From NCBI GenBank assembly GCA_021779075.1, contig JAJYBG010000001.1:1-62958 (forward strand): a stretch of 62,958 bases of DNA, in the 5' to 3' direction. A program made the translations under genes and the position numbers. This document shows, one piece after another, positions 1 through 11,813 of this stretch; positions within the stretch are counted from its first letter, which is position 1; each line of letters starts with the position of its first letter. Under the pieces are notes generated by a model. The model ran no database searches and was not told where the DNA came from. It saw only the letters and a list, made by a program, of their open reading frames with translations. The DNA is from Actinomycetes bacterium (lineage in GTDB: Bacteria; Actinomycetota; Actinomycetes; Actinomycetales; Microbacteriaceae).

Positions 1-117
1 GTCTCGCACGACCACGGCGCCGTCGAAGCCTTGAACCCCGAACGCGTCCTCGTCATGCCCGAGGGCACCGAGGACATCTTCACGAGGGAGTACCTCGAGC
101 TCGTGGAGCTCTCGTAG
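1..117 (+). CDS. ABC-F family ATP-binding protein, C-terminal fragment (5' end outside window)
   Basis: Frame 1 reads VSHDHGAVEALNPERVLVMPEGTEDIFTREYLELVELS*; VSHD H-loop and tail typical of actinobacterial ABC-F proteins. Confidence 0.75.
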   Translation, partial: VSHDHGAVEALNPERVLVMPEGTEDIFTREYLELVELS

Positions 118-172
118 GAGACGGCGGCGATTCGCTACGCGAATCGCTCGCACGTCCGAAGCCACGCCCGGG

Positions 173-1099
173 TCAGGTTCCCCGCCGACCTGTCGAAGAG
201 TCGACGATGCTGTCTTCCACAGCGGCATCGGAGGCCGCGTAGCGAATCCGCTGGCGAGCGGCGCGCGCCGCATCCTGCGCAACGATCTCGGGGTCGCCCT
301 CGCGGCGCCTCCGATACTCGAGGCGGATCGCGTAGCCGAGACCGAAGAACCCGATGACGGCGAAGATCAGCCACTGGATCATGTACGACCAGTGCATGCC
401 GGTGTCGGCATAGGGCGGATCGGCGACGACGGGCGTGAGATGCTCGGCCGAGGCCGACGGCCGGGGTGCCGGATCCTCGGAGACGAGCAGCCCGTATGCG
501 CCCGTGTAGGCGCTCGAGACGCCGGCGCCCTGCAGGAGGCCCGCGAGCTGCGGTAGGTTGATCGTTCCGATGCTCCGGCCCTGAGCGGATTGCCCGGGCA
601 GCGTCGGCTCGCTCTGACGCAGCCGCACCGTCACGGTGACGCTCCCGCCCGGAGCGGCGTCGACCGACGCGGGGAAGCCGCCGTGATTGGGCGAAGGCAC
701 CCAGCCGCGGTCGACGACGAAGACGCCGGAATCCGTCTGCAGCGGTACGAGCACCTCGAGTCCGGGGCCGTTGTCGGTCGCCCGGTTGCGGACGAAGTAC
801 TGCTCGGCGGCGAGGTACCTGCCGGTCACGGTGACCTGCTCCCACTCCGTCTGCGGGTTCCACGCGCCGAGCGACGGCACCGCGTCGGCGAGCGGGACCG
901 GAGCCGCGGTCCAGTTGCGACCGACGAGGTCGTTCTCGGCCTGTGCCTCGCGGCCGCGGGCCTGCTGCCAGTTCGAGAGCAGCACGCAGGCGAAGGCGAA
1001 CACGATCGCGCAGGCGATGTAGACGAGCCACCGCCGCTGGAAGACGAACCGCCACTCACCCCGGCGCGGAACACCGGGCGCGCCGCCGGGCAGGCTCAC
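173..1099 (-). CDS. SURF1 family cytochrome oxidase biogenesis protein
   Basis: N-terminal TM ending in WQ, VDRGWVP motif, HWSYMIQWLIFA C-terminal TM; GTG start overlaps upstream TGA (GTGA). Confidence 0.9.
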   Translation of the reverse strand: MSLPGGAPGVPRRGEWRFVFQRRWLVYIACAIVFAFACVLLSNWQQARGREAQAENDLVGRNWTAAPVPLADAVPSLGAWNPQTEWEQVTVTGRYLAAEQYFVRNRATDNGPGLEVLVPLQTDSGVFVVDRGWVPSPNHGGFPASVDAAPGGSVTVTVRLRQSEPTLPGQSAQGRSIGTINLPQLAGLLQGAGVSSAYTGAYGLLVSEDPAPRPSASAEHLTPVVADPPYADTGMHWSYMIQWLIFAVIGFFGLGYAIRLEYRRRREGDPEIVAQDAARAARQRIRYAASDAAVEDSIVDSSTGRRGT

Positions 1100-1425
1100 T
1101 TCTGGTCGTCCTCCGGTGCGGGGCCGGCCGCGTCGTCCGACGGGCCGTGCGGCAGCTCGCGCAGGTTCGCCGGGTGCAGCGGCTCGGTGCCGCCGCCGGA
1201 GCGCGCGGCGTTGCCGACGACCACGGCGAAGTACGGCAGGAACACCGCACCCACGGCGGGGATGAGAATCCACCACCCGCCCAAGCCGACCAGGGCCATC
1301 CCGAAGCACACGAACACGCAGAGCACACGGATGCCCATCATGATCGAGTACTCGATCATGCGCTTCTTGCGCTCCTCGTCGGGAGAGAGCGGCAGCGAGG
1401 TGATGCTCGCGCGCGACTGCTTCAT
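1096..1425 (-). CDS. DUF3099 domain small membrane protein
   Basis: SITS...R...YSIMMGIRVLC...AVFLPYFAVVVGNA pattern; usual position between SURF1 and fabG. Confidence 0.85.
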   Translation of the reverse strand: MKQSRASITSLPLSPDEERKKRMIEYSIMMGIRVLCVFVCFGMALVGLGGWWILIPAVGAVFLPYFAVVVGNAARSGGGTEPLHPANLRELPHGPSDDAAGPAPEDDQK

Positions 1426-1462
1426 GAGGCCTTCAGCCTAAGCCTGCGCACCCGCGAGTGGC

Positions 1463-1522
1463 CCCTCAACAGCGACCGTCCCGCGGACCGTCGCGCGGCG
1501 GGCCCACCGCCGAGAGGCGGGG
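1463..1522 (+). repeat. Two-hairpin repeat (family B), intergenic copy
   Basis: GCGACCGTCC-cgc-GGACCGTCGC, 12 nt, CCGCC-gaga-GGCGG; matches copies at 16439, 34591, 37443. Confidence 0.8.
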
Positions 1523-1539
1523 TCGCTACGCTGTGACGC

Positions 1540-2253
1540 GTGCCTGAACCCATCCGCACCGTTCTCATCACCGGCGGCAACCGAGGCATCGGCTTCGCGA
1601 TCGCCGCTGAGTTCGCCGCGCGCGGCCACCGCGTCGCCGTCACAGCCCGCTCGGGGGAGGGGCCGGAGGGAACGCTCACCGTCCGCGCCGACGTGACGGA
1701 CTACGCGAGCATCGATGCCGCGTTCTCGCAAGTCGAGGAGAAACTCGGGCCCGTCGAGGTCGTCGTCGCCAACGCCGGCATCACCCGCGACCAGCTGCTG
1801 CTGCGCATGAGCGAGGAGGACTTCGACGTCGTCGTCGACACCAACCTCGGCGGCGCCTTCCGCGTACTCAAGCGCGCAGCGAAGGGATTCCTCAAGGCGC
1901 GCTTCGGCCGCGTCATCCTCATCTCTTCCGTCGTCGGCCTCTACGGCGGCCCGGGCCAGATCAACTACTCCGCCTCGAAGGCCGGCCTCGTCGGCATGGC
2001 CCGCTCGCTCACCCGCGAGCTCGGCGGCCGCGGCATCACCGCGAACGTCGTCGCACCGGGCTTCATCGAGACCGACATGACCGCGGAACTGCCGGAGGAT
2101 CAGAAGGCCGAGTACCGGAAGGCGATTCCCGCCGGCCGCTACGGCACGGCGGCCGAGGTTGCGAAGACCGTCGCCTGGCTCGCCTCGGACGACGCAGCGT
2201 ACATCTCCGGCGCCGTCATCCCCGTCGATGGCGGCTTGGGGATGGGGCACTAG
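1540..2253 (+). CDS. fabG: 3-oxoacyl-ACP reductase
   Basis: TGGNRGIG, NAGITRD, YSASK catalytic motif, VDGGLGMGH end. Confidence 0.95.
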   Translation: MPEPIRTVLITGGNRGIGFAIAAEFAARGHRVAVTARSGEGPEGTLTVRADVTDYASIDAAFSQVEEKLGPVEVVVANAGITRDQLLLRMSEEDFDVVVDTNLGGAFRVLKRAAKGFLKARFGRVILISSVVGLYGGPGQINYSASKAGLVGMARSLTRELGGRGITANVVAPGFIETDMTAELPEDQKAEYRKAIPAGRYGTAAEVAKTVAWLASDDAAYISGAVIPVDGGLGMGH

Positions 2254-2322
2254 CCGCTGTGCTTATCGCCGCGCCGGTCCCTGCCCGGCGCGCGGATCGC
2301 TACGGCCGGGGAAGCGAGCACG

Positions 2323-2961
2323 TCACCCGCGCAATCCGAGCAGGGGCAGCACCTGGGAGAGGTCGCGGCGGTTGACGGCGACATCGGCGCGCTCGCGCAC
2401 CACGGGCTTGGCGTTGAACGCGACCGAGAGCGCCGCCTCCTGCATCATCTGCAGGTCATTGGCGCCGTCGCCGACCGCGACGGTGCGCGAGAGCGGGATT
2501 CCGCTGCGCTCGGACCACTCGACGAGCGAGGCGGCCTTCGCCACAGCATCCACGATCGGCCCGTCGACCTCGCCGGTGAGGCGGCCATCGGCCACACCGA
2601 GGCGGTTGGCGCGCAGGAAGTCGAGGCCGAGCGCGGCGGCGATGGGATCCAGGATCTCGTGGAAGCCGCCGGAGACGACGCCGACGGCGCCGCCGGCGGC
2701 CTGCACGGCAGTCACCAGCTCGGACGCGCCCTTCGTCACCGTGACGCGCGCGCGCACCCGGACGAGCGCCGACTCGGGCAATCCGGCAAACGTGCCGACC
2801 CGCTCGCGCAGCGACTGGACGAAGTCGAGCTCGCCGTGCATCGCCCGCGCCGTGATCGAGGCCACGAGGGGCTCGGTGCCCGCCTCCGCCGCGATGAGCT
2901 CGATGACCTCGTCGTGCAGCAGTGTCGAATCAGCGTCCAGGACGACGAGAAAAGCGCTCAT
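2323..2961 (-). CDS. serB: Phosphoserine phosphatase (HAD family)
   Basis: DADSTL, VSGGF, GDGANDL motifs; ATG at 2961 overlaps glgC stop. Confidence 0.93.
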   Translation of the reverse strand: MSAFLVVLDADSTLLHDEVIELIAAEAGTEPLVASITARAMHGELDFVQSLRERVGTFAGLPESALVRVRARVTVTKGASELVTAVQAAGGAVGVVSGGFHEILDPIAAALGLDFLRANRLGVADGRLTGEVDGPIVDAVAKAASLVEWSERSGIPLSRTVAVGDGANDLQMMQEAALSVAFNAKPVVRERADVAVNRRDLSQVLPLLGLRG

Positions 2962-4199
2962 GGAACGACGCGAACTCCCTTTCCGACGACGGTGATGCCG
3001 GTCTCGGTCACGGTGAACCCGCGGGCCCGGTCGCGGGCCGGGTCGACCCCGATCTTCGCTCCCGCCTCGACGACGACATCCTTGTCGAGGATAGCGCGGC
3101 GCACCTCGGCCCCCGGTTCGACGACGACCCGGTCGAAGGCGACGGTATCGGCCACGTGCGCCGACTCGATGACCGTCCACGGGCCGAGGACGCTGCGCTC
3201 GACGTGGGCGCCCGAGATGACGGTGCCGAGCGAGAACAGCGAGTCGATCGCCTGGCTCAGCGAGCCCCGGGCGTCCCGCACGATCTTCGCCGGGGGCGAG
3301 TTGAGCTCCTGCGAGAAGATCGGCCACTCGCGGTTGTAGAGGTTGAAGATCGGCAGCGGCAGGATGAGGTCCCGATGCGCGTCGAAGAACGACTCGATCG
3401 TGCCGACATCGCGCCAGTAGTCGCGGTCGCGGTCAGTCGAGCCGGGAACGTCGTTGTCGCGGAAGTCGTACACGGCCGCCTCGCCCGCTGCGACGAACGC
3501 CGGAATGATGTCACCGCCCATGTCGTGGTTGGACTCGGGCCGCGCTCCATCGCGGAGGACCGCGTCGAGCAGCGCCTCCGCCGTGAACACGTAGTTGCCC
3601 ATCGAGGCAAGCACCTCGCCCGGGTCGTCGGCGAGCCCGACCGGGTGGGACGGCTTCTCGAGAAAGGCGGCGATCCGCTCAGGATGCTCCACGTCAGGCT
3701 CGATGACGCCGAACTGGCCTGCCAGAGCGATGGGCTGGCGGATCGCTGCGACGGTGACGGATGCCCCCAGGGCGATATGCGCCTCGACCATCTGGGTGAA
3801 ATCCATGCGGTACACGTGGTCGGCACCGACGACGACGATGTAGTCGGGCCGGGCGTCGTGGATGAGGTTGAGGTTCTGCAGGATGGCGTCCGCACTGCCG
3901 GAGAACCAGCGCTTCCCGAGCCGCTGCTGAGCGGGCACCGACGACACATACGATCCCAGCATCGCGTTGAGGCGCCAGGTCGTCGCGATGTGGCGATCCA
4001 TCGAGTGCGACTTGTACTGGGTCAGCACGACGATCTGCCGCAGGTCGGAGTTGACGAGGTTCGAGAGTGCGAAGTCGATGAGACGGTACTGGCCTCCGAA
4101 TGGCACGGCCGGCTTGGCCCGGTCGGCAGTGAGGGGCATCAGCCGCTTGCCTTCGCCGCCGGCGAGGACAATGCCGAAGATCCTTCTTCCGCCCGCCAT
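2958..4199 (-). CDS. glgC: Glucose-1-phosphate adenylyltransferase
   Basis: [40 protein letters not shown]. Confidence 0.97.
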   Translation of the reverse strand: MAGGRRIFGIVLAGGEGKRLMPLTADRAKPAVPFGGQYRLIDFALSNLVNSDLRQIVVLTQYKSHSMDRHIATTWRLNAMLGSYVSSVPAQQRLGKRWFSGSADAILQNLNLIHDARPDYIVVVGADHVYRMDFTQMVEAHIALGASVTVAAIRQPIALAGQFGVIEPDVEHPERIAAFLEKPSHPVGLADDPGEVLASMGNYVFTAEALLDAVLRDGARPESNHDMGGDIIPAFVAAGEAAVYDFRDNDVPGSTDRDRDYWRDVGTIESFFDAHRDLILPLPIFNLYNREWPIFSQELNSPPAKIVRDARGSLSQAIDSLFSLGTVISGAHVERSVLGPWTVIESAHVADTVAFDRVVVEPGAEVRRAILDKDVVVEAGAKIGVDPARDRARGFTVTETGITVVGKGVRVVP

Positions 4200-4246
4200 A
4201 GCACCAACACTATGGCCGGGGGATGGCCTGTACTAGCGTTCGGAAC

Positions 4247-5428
4247 GTGCGCGTCGATCTGTTAACCCGCGAGTATCCGCCGGAGGTCTACGGGGGCGCT
4301 GGCGTTCATGTCGCCGAGCTCGTCAAGGCCCTTCGGCCGAGCGTCGACGTCGTCGTCCACGCTTTCGGAATCGAGCGCCACGAACCCGGGGTCGAGTCGT
4401 ATCCGGTGCCGCGCGAGTACGCGCACGCCAACCAGGCGGTGGCGACGCTCGGCATCGACGTACTCATGGCCAATGACTGCCAGAGCGCCGACGTCATCCA
4501 TTCGCACACCTGGTACACGAACGGCGCCGGCCAGATCGGCAAGCTCATGTGGGATGCGCCGCACGTGCTCACCGCCCACTCGCTCGAGCCCTTGCGGCCA
4601 TGGAAGGCGGAGCAGCTCGGCGGCGGCTACCGGGTCTCGTCGTGGCTCGAGCGCAACGCGTATGAGAGCGCCGACGCCATCATCGCCGTCTCCGAGGGGA
4701 TGCGCCGCGACATCCTGCGCGCCTACCCGTTCGTCGATGCGACGAGAACCCATGTCATCTACAACGGCATCAACCTCGCCGAGTGGGGGCCGGCGTCGGA
4801 TGACACGGTGCTGGCGTCGCTCGGCATCGACGCGTCGCGGCCAACCGTGATCTTCGTCGGCCGCATCACCAGGCAGAAGGGCCTGCCCTATCTGCTGCGC
4901 GCCGCGGCGGCTCTGCCTCCCGAAGTGCAGCTCGTGCTCTGCGCCGGCCAGCCGGACACCCCGGACATCCTTTCCGAGGTGTCGGGCCTCGTGGCGGAGC
5001 TCTCGTCCGCGCGCTCCGGCGTCGTCTGGATCGATCGCACGCTGTCCCGCCGCGAACTCACCATCGCGCTCACGGCGGCGACCGTCTTCGTATGCCCCTC
5101 TGTGTATGAACCTCTGGGCATCGTGAATCTCGAGGCGATGGCATGCGGCCTGCCCGTCGTCGGGACGGCGACCGGCGGCATCCCCGAGGTCGTCGTCGAC
5201 GGCGTCACGGGTCGTCTGGTTCCGATCGAGCAGTTGCAGGATGGCACTGGGACGCCGATCGACCCCGACAGGTTCGTCGCCGACCTGGCTGCGACGCTGC
5301 GCGACGTGCTCGCCGACGTGGATGCCGCGCACCGCATGGGTCTCGCCGGCCGGGCCCGCGCCGGGGCGGACTTCTCGTGGTCAAGGATCGCCGACCAGAC
5401 TCGCGCCGTCTACGAATCCGTCCGGTAA
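4247..5428 (+). CDS. glgA: Glycogen synthase / alpha-maltose-1-phosphate synthase (GT4, GlgA/GlgM)
   Basis: TREYPPEVYGGAGVHV, HSHTWY, YEPLGIVNLEAMAC; divergent from glgC. Confidence 0.95.
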   Translation: MRVDLLTREYPPEVYGGAGVHVAELVKALRPSVDVVVHAFGIERHEPGVESYPVPREYAHANQAVATLGIDVLMANDCQSADVIHSHTWYTNGAGQIGKLMWDAPHVLTAHSLEPLRPWKAEQLGGGYRVSSWLERNAYESADAIIAVSEGMRRDILRAYPFVDATRTHVIYNGINLAEWGPASDDTVLASLGIDASRPTVIFVGRITRQKGLPYLLRAAAALPPEVQLVLCAGQPDTPDILSEVSGLVAELSSARSGVVWIDRTLSRRELTIALTAATVFVCPSVYEPLGIVNLEAMACGLPVVGTATGGIPEVVVDGVTGRLVPIEQLQDGTGTPIDPDRFVADLAATLRDVLADVDAAHRMGLAGRARAGADFSWSRIADQTRAVYESVR

Positions 5429-5493
5429 GACGGTCGGCCGGCGGCCCGCCGCGGCGGGCGAGGGCGACCTCGGCGACGACTAATCTTGACTGC

Positions 5494-6282
5494 ATGTCGA
5501 ACGTCGTCGTCAGCCTCGAATCGGTGTCGATCGTGCGCGACGGGGTGACGATCCTCGATGGCATCGACTGGCAGGTCACGAGTGACCAGCGCTGGGTGGT
5601 GCTCGGCCCCAACGGCGCCGGGAAGACGACGCTGCTCCAGCTCGCCGCTGCGCAGCTGCTGCCCACTTCGGGCACGGTGCGTCTGCTCGATGAGACCGTG
5701 GGCCAGACCGACCTCGCCGAGCTCAAGCCGCACATCGGCTTCGCATCATCGGCCCTCGCTCGCCGGCTGCCGGTGGGCGAGTCCGTGCTCAACGTGGTGC
5801 TCACAGCCGCCTACGGCTTCACCGGACGGTGGAAGGAGACCTACGAGGACATCGACATCCGCCGGGCACGCCGGGTCCTCGCCGAGTGGGGTCTGGCGGC
5901 GTTCGAGGAGCGCAAGTTCGGCGACCTCTCCGATGGCGAGCAGAAGCGCGCTCAGATCGCGCGCTCGGTCATGGCCGACCCCGAGCTGCTGCTGCTGGAC
6001 GAGCCGGCCGCTTCGCTGGATCTCGGCGCACGGGAGGAGCTCGTGACGCTGCTGGGCGGGTACGCCGCCGAAGCCACGAGCCCCGCGATCATCATGGTCA
6101 CCCACCACGTCGAGGAGATCCCGACCGGGTTCACCCATGTGCTGCTGCTCTCGGGCGGCCGGGTCACCGCGGCCGGGCCGATCGCGTCGGTGCTCACCTC
6201 TGAGGCGCTGTCCGGGGCGTTCGGGATTCCGGTGACGGTGTCGAGCGACCGCGGGCGCTATGCGGCCCGGTCCGCCGGCTGA
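5494..6282 (+). CDS. ABC transporter ATP-binding protein
   Basis: Walker A GPNGAGKT, signature LSDGEQKR, LLLLDEP, THH. Confidence 0.92.
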   Translation: MSNVVVSLESVSIVRDGVTILDGIDWQVTSDQRWVVLGPNGAGKTTLLQLAAAQLLPTSGTVRLLDETVGQTDLAELKPHIGFASSALARRLPVGESVLNVVLTAAYGFTGRWKETYEDIDIRRARRVLAEWGLAAFEERKFGDLSDGEQKRAQIARSVMADPELLLLDEPAASLDLGAREELVTLLGGYAAEATSPAIIMVTHHVEEIPTGFTHVLLLSGGRVTAAGPIASVLTSEALSGAFGIPVTVSSDRGRYAARSAG

Positions 6283-6333
6283 GAGCGGCGGTCCGGGGAT
6301 CGTTGCGCCGGGCCACGCCCCGGTGACAGCCGG
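6278..6333 (+). repeat. Two-hairpin repeat (family B), diverged intergenic copy
   Basis: GCGGCGGTCC-gg-GGATCGTTGC, 13 nt, CCGGT-gaca-GCCGG; both stems kept through compensatory or G-T changes. Confidence 0.65.
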
Positions 6334-6402
6334 ATTGCTCTGCTAGACTCGGTCCTCGGCCCATCGGCCGACGATGTCCCCTTTTGTCTGCAAGGAAAAG
6401 CC

Positions 6403-6666
6403 ATGAAGTCTGACACCCACCCCGCGTACGGTCCGGTCGTCTTCCACGACCTCGCCTCGGGCGAGTCGTTCCTCACCCGTTCGACCATCACCTCCGGCGA
6501 GCGCACGGTGGTGTGGGAGGACGGCAACGAGTACCCCGTCGTCGACGTCGAGATCTCCAGCGCCTCGCACCCGTTCTACACGGGCAAGCAGCGCATCATG
6601 GACTCGGCCGGCCGCGTCGAGAAGTTCAACCAGCGCTTCAAGAACTTCGGCGCCGCCAAGAAGTAG
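6403..6666 (+). CDS. rpmE2: 50S ribosomal protein L31 type B
   Basis: MKSDTHPAY...FLTRST...[15 protein letters not shown]...[10 protein letters not shown]; no Zn-binding cysteines; AAGGA RBS. Confidence 0.97.
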   Translation: MKSDTHPAYGPVVFHDLASGESFLTRSTITSGERTVVWEDGNEYPVVDVEISSASHPFYTGKQRIMDSAGRVEKFNQRFKNFGAAKK

Positions 6667-6713
6667 TTCTTCCCCGCAGCGCACAGCGTGCGCGCGGTAC
6701 GGTCTGCACCGTC

Positions 6714-6739
6714 GAAAGGGCTCCTTCGGGGGCCCTTTC
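6714..6739 (+). terminator. Intrinsic terminator hairpin after rpmE2
   Basis: GAAAGGGCTCC-TTCG-GGGGCCCTTTC. Confidence 0.8.
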
Positions 6740-6769
6740 TCGTTGCCCAGCGGACAAGAGGGAGTGAGC

Positions 6770-7270
6770 ATGGTCCAGAAGCGGTACCCGACGCGCGGCG
6801 CCGCGACGCCGTTCGTCGTGTGGGGAATCGCCATGGGGGTGGTCGCCGGCTTCCTCGCTGTGCCGACCGCGTTCGCCGGCGAGATGAGCGGCGGTCCCGC
6901 CGACTGGGTGATCTTGGTGTCCGCGGTCGCCGCGCCGGGAACGATCCCGGGGATGCTCGCCGGGGGAGCAGCCGGCGCGCTCATCGGCGGCCTGGCACTC
7001 ACCATGTTCCGCGCGACGCAGGAGACGCGGCCTCTCGGCCGCCGGGCCGCGGCGATCGGATTCGGCGCCGGGCTCATGACGGGCGTGCTCTTCGCCGCGG
7101 CCGACTTCGGCATCCTCGGCGGGATGTTCGACGTGCCCATCGACCACTGGCCGATCCACGTCCTCGAGGTTCTCGCGGCGCTCGGCGCCGGCTTCGGCTA
7201 CACCTGGCTCACGCGGCACACCGTGCGTCGGGAATCCGCCACTACCGCAGCGGCCACGCCCCCGACGTGA
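6770..7270 (+). CDS. Hypothetical membrane protein (about 4 TM)
   Basis: Hydrophobic Gly/Ala-rich segments; GGGAG RBS before ATG 6770. Confidence 0.7.
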   Translation: MVQKRYPTRGAATPFVVWGIAMGVVAGFLAVPTAFAGEMSGGPADWVILVSAVAAPGTIPGMLAGGAAGALIGGLALTMFRATQETRPLGRRAAAIGFGAGLMTGVLFAAADFGILGGMFDVPIDHWPIHVLEVLAALGAGFGYTWLTRHTVRRESATTAAATPPT

Positions 7271-7925
7271 CGAAGGCGGTCTCGCCGCGGCTGCGGCGGT
7301 ATTCCTGGTAGCTCGCCGCCTGGTCCGCGGACCAGGCGATCTGCCTGGCGTGCAGTTCCGCGGCCGAGAGATCGAGGTCTGCCCCATACTTCGCGGCGAG
7401 CGCCTGAGCGACGCGGCCGGCCGCGATGGCGTCGGCGCCGGCATCATGCGCATCGTCCAGCCGAACGCCATAGGTTGCCGCCGTGAACTCGAGCGTGCGC
7501 TTGCCCCTGCGGTACCGGTCGAGCGCCTTGTCGATGACGAGCGGATCGACGACGAGCGTCGGCTCGAGCGGCGGGATGCCGTAGCGAAGCGCCTCGCGAT
7601 CGAGCACGGTGAAGTCGTACGCAGCGTTGTAGGCGACCACCGGTACCCCGCCCGCCAGGATGCCGCGCAACGCGGCGATGATCTGGGCCACGCCGGCCTG
7701 GGCGGCCATGCCCTCTTCCTGCACGCGCTCGGTCGTGTAACCGTGGACGGCCGCGGCCGCCTCGGGGATCTCGACCATCGGGTCGATGACCCAGTCATTG
7801 CGCGAGAGGACCTCACCCGCACCGCCGAGCTCGCCGACGAAGGCCGTGACGATGCGGGCGGTGCCGGTGTCGACCCCTGTCGTCTCGAGGTCGAACACGC
7901 CGAGTCGCTCAGCCCAGGAGGTCAT
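7242..7925 (-). CDS. DEDDh 3'-5' exonuclease (DnaQ / Pol III epsilon-like)
   Basis: FDLETTG, YNAAYDF, AHDAGAD exonuclease motifs. Confidence 0.92.
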   Translation of the reverse strand: MTSWAERLGVFDLETTGVDTGTARIVTAFVGELGGAGEVLSRNDWVIDPMVEIPEAAAAVHGYTTERVQEEGMAAQAGVAQIIAALRGILAGGVPVVAYNAAYDFTVLDREALRYGIPPLEPTLVVDPLVIDKALDRYRRGKRTLEFTAATYGVRLDDAHDAGADAIAAGRVAQALAAKYGADLDLSAAELHARQIAWSADQAASYQEYRRSRGETAFVTSGAWPLR

Positions 7926-7931
7926 GCCATG

Positions 7932-7953
7932 ACTCTATTGGGCGGCTACGACA
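7932..7953 (-). promoter_or_regulatory. Probable RecA-NDp (PafBC-type) promoter of the exonuclease gene
   Basis: Minus strand TGTCGT-N10-TAGAGT, one mismatch to TGTCGG-N10-TANNNT; ATG follows 6 nt after the -10. Confidence 0.6.
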
Positions 7954-8039
7954 CCGGCCCCGCTCGTGGAATTGGTCTGCCGCCTTTCGCCGGCCGGCGC
8001 TGTTGACCCATCGATCAACCGCCTGAGCCGACCGCGCGT

Positions 8040-9743
<1,704 letters not shown>

Positions 9744-9792
9744 CTCGCCAGCCTAAGGACGCGACCCTGCCGCGCCATAGAATGACCTCGGC

Positions 9793-10716
9793 ATGACGGG
9801 GCACAGCACGGTCGATATCTCGCCGTACGCGGAGGCGCTCGCGAGCGTTCCGGGGCGCGAGCGCCACACTGTTGTGGCCGGCGTCGACTGCGCGTACTGG
9901 GAGTACGGGGCGGCGAGCGCGGTCGGGACGATCGTCGCGATCCACGGATTCCGCGGCGACCACCACGGGCTCGAGGCGATCATCGCCTCACTCGGCGGCC
10001 GCCACGTCATCGCCCCCGACCTGCCCGGTTTCGGCGCCTCGGCGCCCTTCGAGGACCGCGCCCACGACATCGCCGGATACGCGGCCTGGCTGGGCGAGTT
10101 CGTCTCGGCGCTCGGCGCCGAGGGCCCGGTGACGATCCTCGGCCACTCGTTCGGGTCGATCATCGTCGCCGCGGCGCTGGCGAACGGCCTGGTGGTGCCG
10201 GAACCCGGCCACGTCGTGCTCATCAACCCCATCGGTCAGAACGCGCTGCACGGCCCGCGCGCCCTCGGCACCGCCCTCGCCGTGTTCTACTACTGGCTCG
10301 GCCGGGTCCTGCCCGAGCGGCTCGGTCAGGCGTGGCTGCGCTCGCGCGTCATCGTGCGGGGGATGAGCGTCGCCATGGCGAAGACCCATGACCCGCAACT
10401 GCGCGCCTGGATCCACGAGCAGCACGACACCTACTTCTCGGCGTTCGCGAACCGGACCCAGCTGCTCGAAGCGTTCCGGGCGTCGGTGTCGCACGACGTC
10501 AGCGAGTTCGCGGCCTCCGTCACCGCACCGACCCTGCTCATCGCGGCAGCGCAGGACGACGTCACCCCGCTCAGCGCGCAGCGCCGGCTCGCGACGCTCT
10601 TCCCCAACGCGCGCCTCGAGGTCATCGAGGGCGTCGGACACCTCGTGCACTACGAGACGCCGCTCATCGCCGCCGACCTCGTGACCCGGTTCGTGGGCGA
10701 CGAGGCCACCGCATGA
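9793..10716 (+). CDS. Alpha/beta fold hydrolase
   Basis: HGFRGDHHG, PDLPGFG, GHSFG nucleophile elbow, catalytic His in GVGHLVH. Confidence 0.9.
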   Translation: MTGHSTVDISPYAEALASVPGRERHTVVAGVDCAYWEYGAASAVGTIVAIHGFRGDHHGLEAIIASLGGRHVIAPDLPGFGASAPFEDRAHDIAGYAAWLGEFVSALGAEGPVTILGHSFGSIIVAAALANGLVVPEPGHVVLINPIGQNALHGPRALGTALAVFYYWLGRVLPERLGQAWLRSRVIVRGMSVAMAKTHDPQLRAWIHEQHDTYFSAFANRTQLLEAFRASVSHDVSEFAASVTAPTLLIAAAQDDVTPLSAQRRLATLFPNARLEVIEGVGHLVHYETPLIAADLVTRFVGDEATA

Positions 10717-11804
10717 GGCTGCTGTTCGACTGCAGATACGTGAGGGTGGGGCGCCACGACGGGATCTCGCGCTACTCGGCGTCGCTGGTCGCCGAACTGG
10801 CCCGGCTGATGCCGGTGGAGCTGCTCGTCTCGGACGAGCGCCAGCTCGCGTCGCTGCCGGCGGTGCCGTGGCACCTCGTCTCGTCGCCGACCTCGCCCCG
10901 GGAGCCCTGGATCGCCCGCGAGATCAACCGGCTCGAACCCGACGTCGTGTTCTCGCCCATGCAGACGATGGGCTCGCAGGGGCGGCGCTACCGGTTGATC
11001 CTCACCGTGCACGACCTCATCTACTACCGGCATCGGACGCCGCCGAGCGACCTGCCCTGGTACGTGCGTCTCGCCTGGCGGCTCTACCACCTGGCGTGGT
11101 GGCCGCAGCGGAGGCTCTTGAACGGGGCGGACGCCGTCGTCACCGTGTCGGAGACGACGCGAGTTCTGATCTCGGCGCACCGCCTGACGAAGCGTCCGGT
11201 GTTCGTGGTGGGGAATGCGCCGGGGGAGCTGCCCCCCAGCGTGCGCGCCGGCGCCTATCAGCCCGACCGCTCGCCCCGAGCGGTCGTCCACATGGGCCAG
11301 TTCCTGCCGTATAAGAACATCGACACCCTCGTGCGTGCCGCCGAGCACCTCGACGGCTACGAGATCCACTTCATGTCTGCGGCATCCGACGCGGAGAAGG
11401 CGCGGTTGCGAGCTCTGGTGACACCGGATGCCGCGATGCGGCTCGTCTTCCACGACGGAGCCTCCGACGCCGAATACTACGGCTGGCTGGCCCGGGCGAC
11501 AGCGCTCGTCACGACGTCGTGGGACGAGGGCTTCGGCATCCCCGTCGTCGAGGCGATGCGCGTCGGCACGCCCGTCGTCGCGAGCGACATCCCCATCTTC
11601 CGCGAGGTCGGAGGGGATGCCGCGGTGTTCGTCGACCCGGCATCGGCCTCGGACGTGGCGCGGGGAATCCGCTCGCTCGAGGACGTCTACGAGTGGCACT
11701 CGCGCTCGGACGCCTCGATCCGGCACGCGGCGAGGTATTCGTGGGCGGCGAGCGCGTCGGCCCTCAAGGCCGCGATCGACACCGTCGCCGGGCCCACCCC
11801 ATAG
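10713..11804 (+). CDS. Glycosyltransferase family 4 (GT-B)
   Basis: GISRY, HDLIY, YKN, EGFGIPVVEAM, SDIPIFREVGG; ATGA-coupled to the hydrolase. Confidence 0.92.
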   Translation: MRLLFDCRYVRVGRHDGISRYSASLVAELARLMPVELLVSDERQLASLPAVPWHLVSSPTSPREPWIAREINRLEPDVVFSPMQTMGSQGRRYRLILTVHDLIYYRHRTPPSDLPWYVRLAWRLYHLAWWPQRRLLNGADAVVTVSETTRVLISAHRLTKRPVFVVGNAPGELPPSVRAGAYQPDRSPRAVVHMGQFLPYKNIDTLVRAAEHLDGYEIHFMSAASDAEKARLRALVTPDAAMRLVFHDGASDAEYYGWLARATALVTTSWDEGFGIPVVEAMRVGTPVVASDIPIFREVGGDAAVFVDPASASDVARGIRSLEDVYEWHSRSDASIRHAARYSWAASASALKAAIDTVAGPTP

Positions 11805-11813
11805 GCGTCGATG

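Noticed and set aside
6334-6402. Zur box or riboswitch upstream of the Zn-free L31
   Set aside because: No recognisable Zur palindrome or aptamer; only a TAGACT -10 and an SD.
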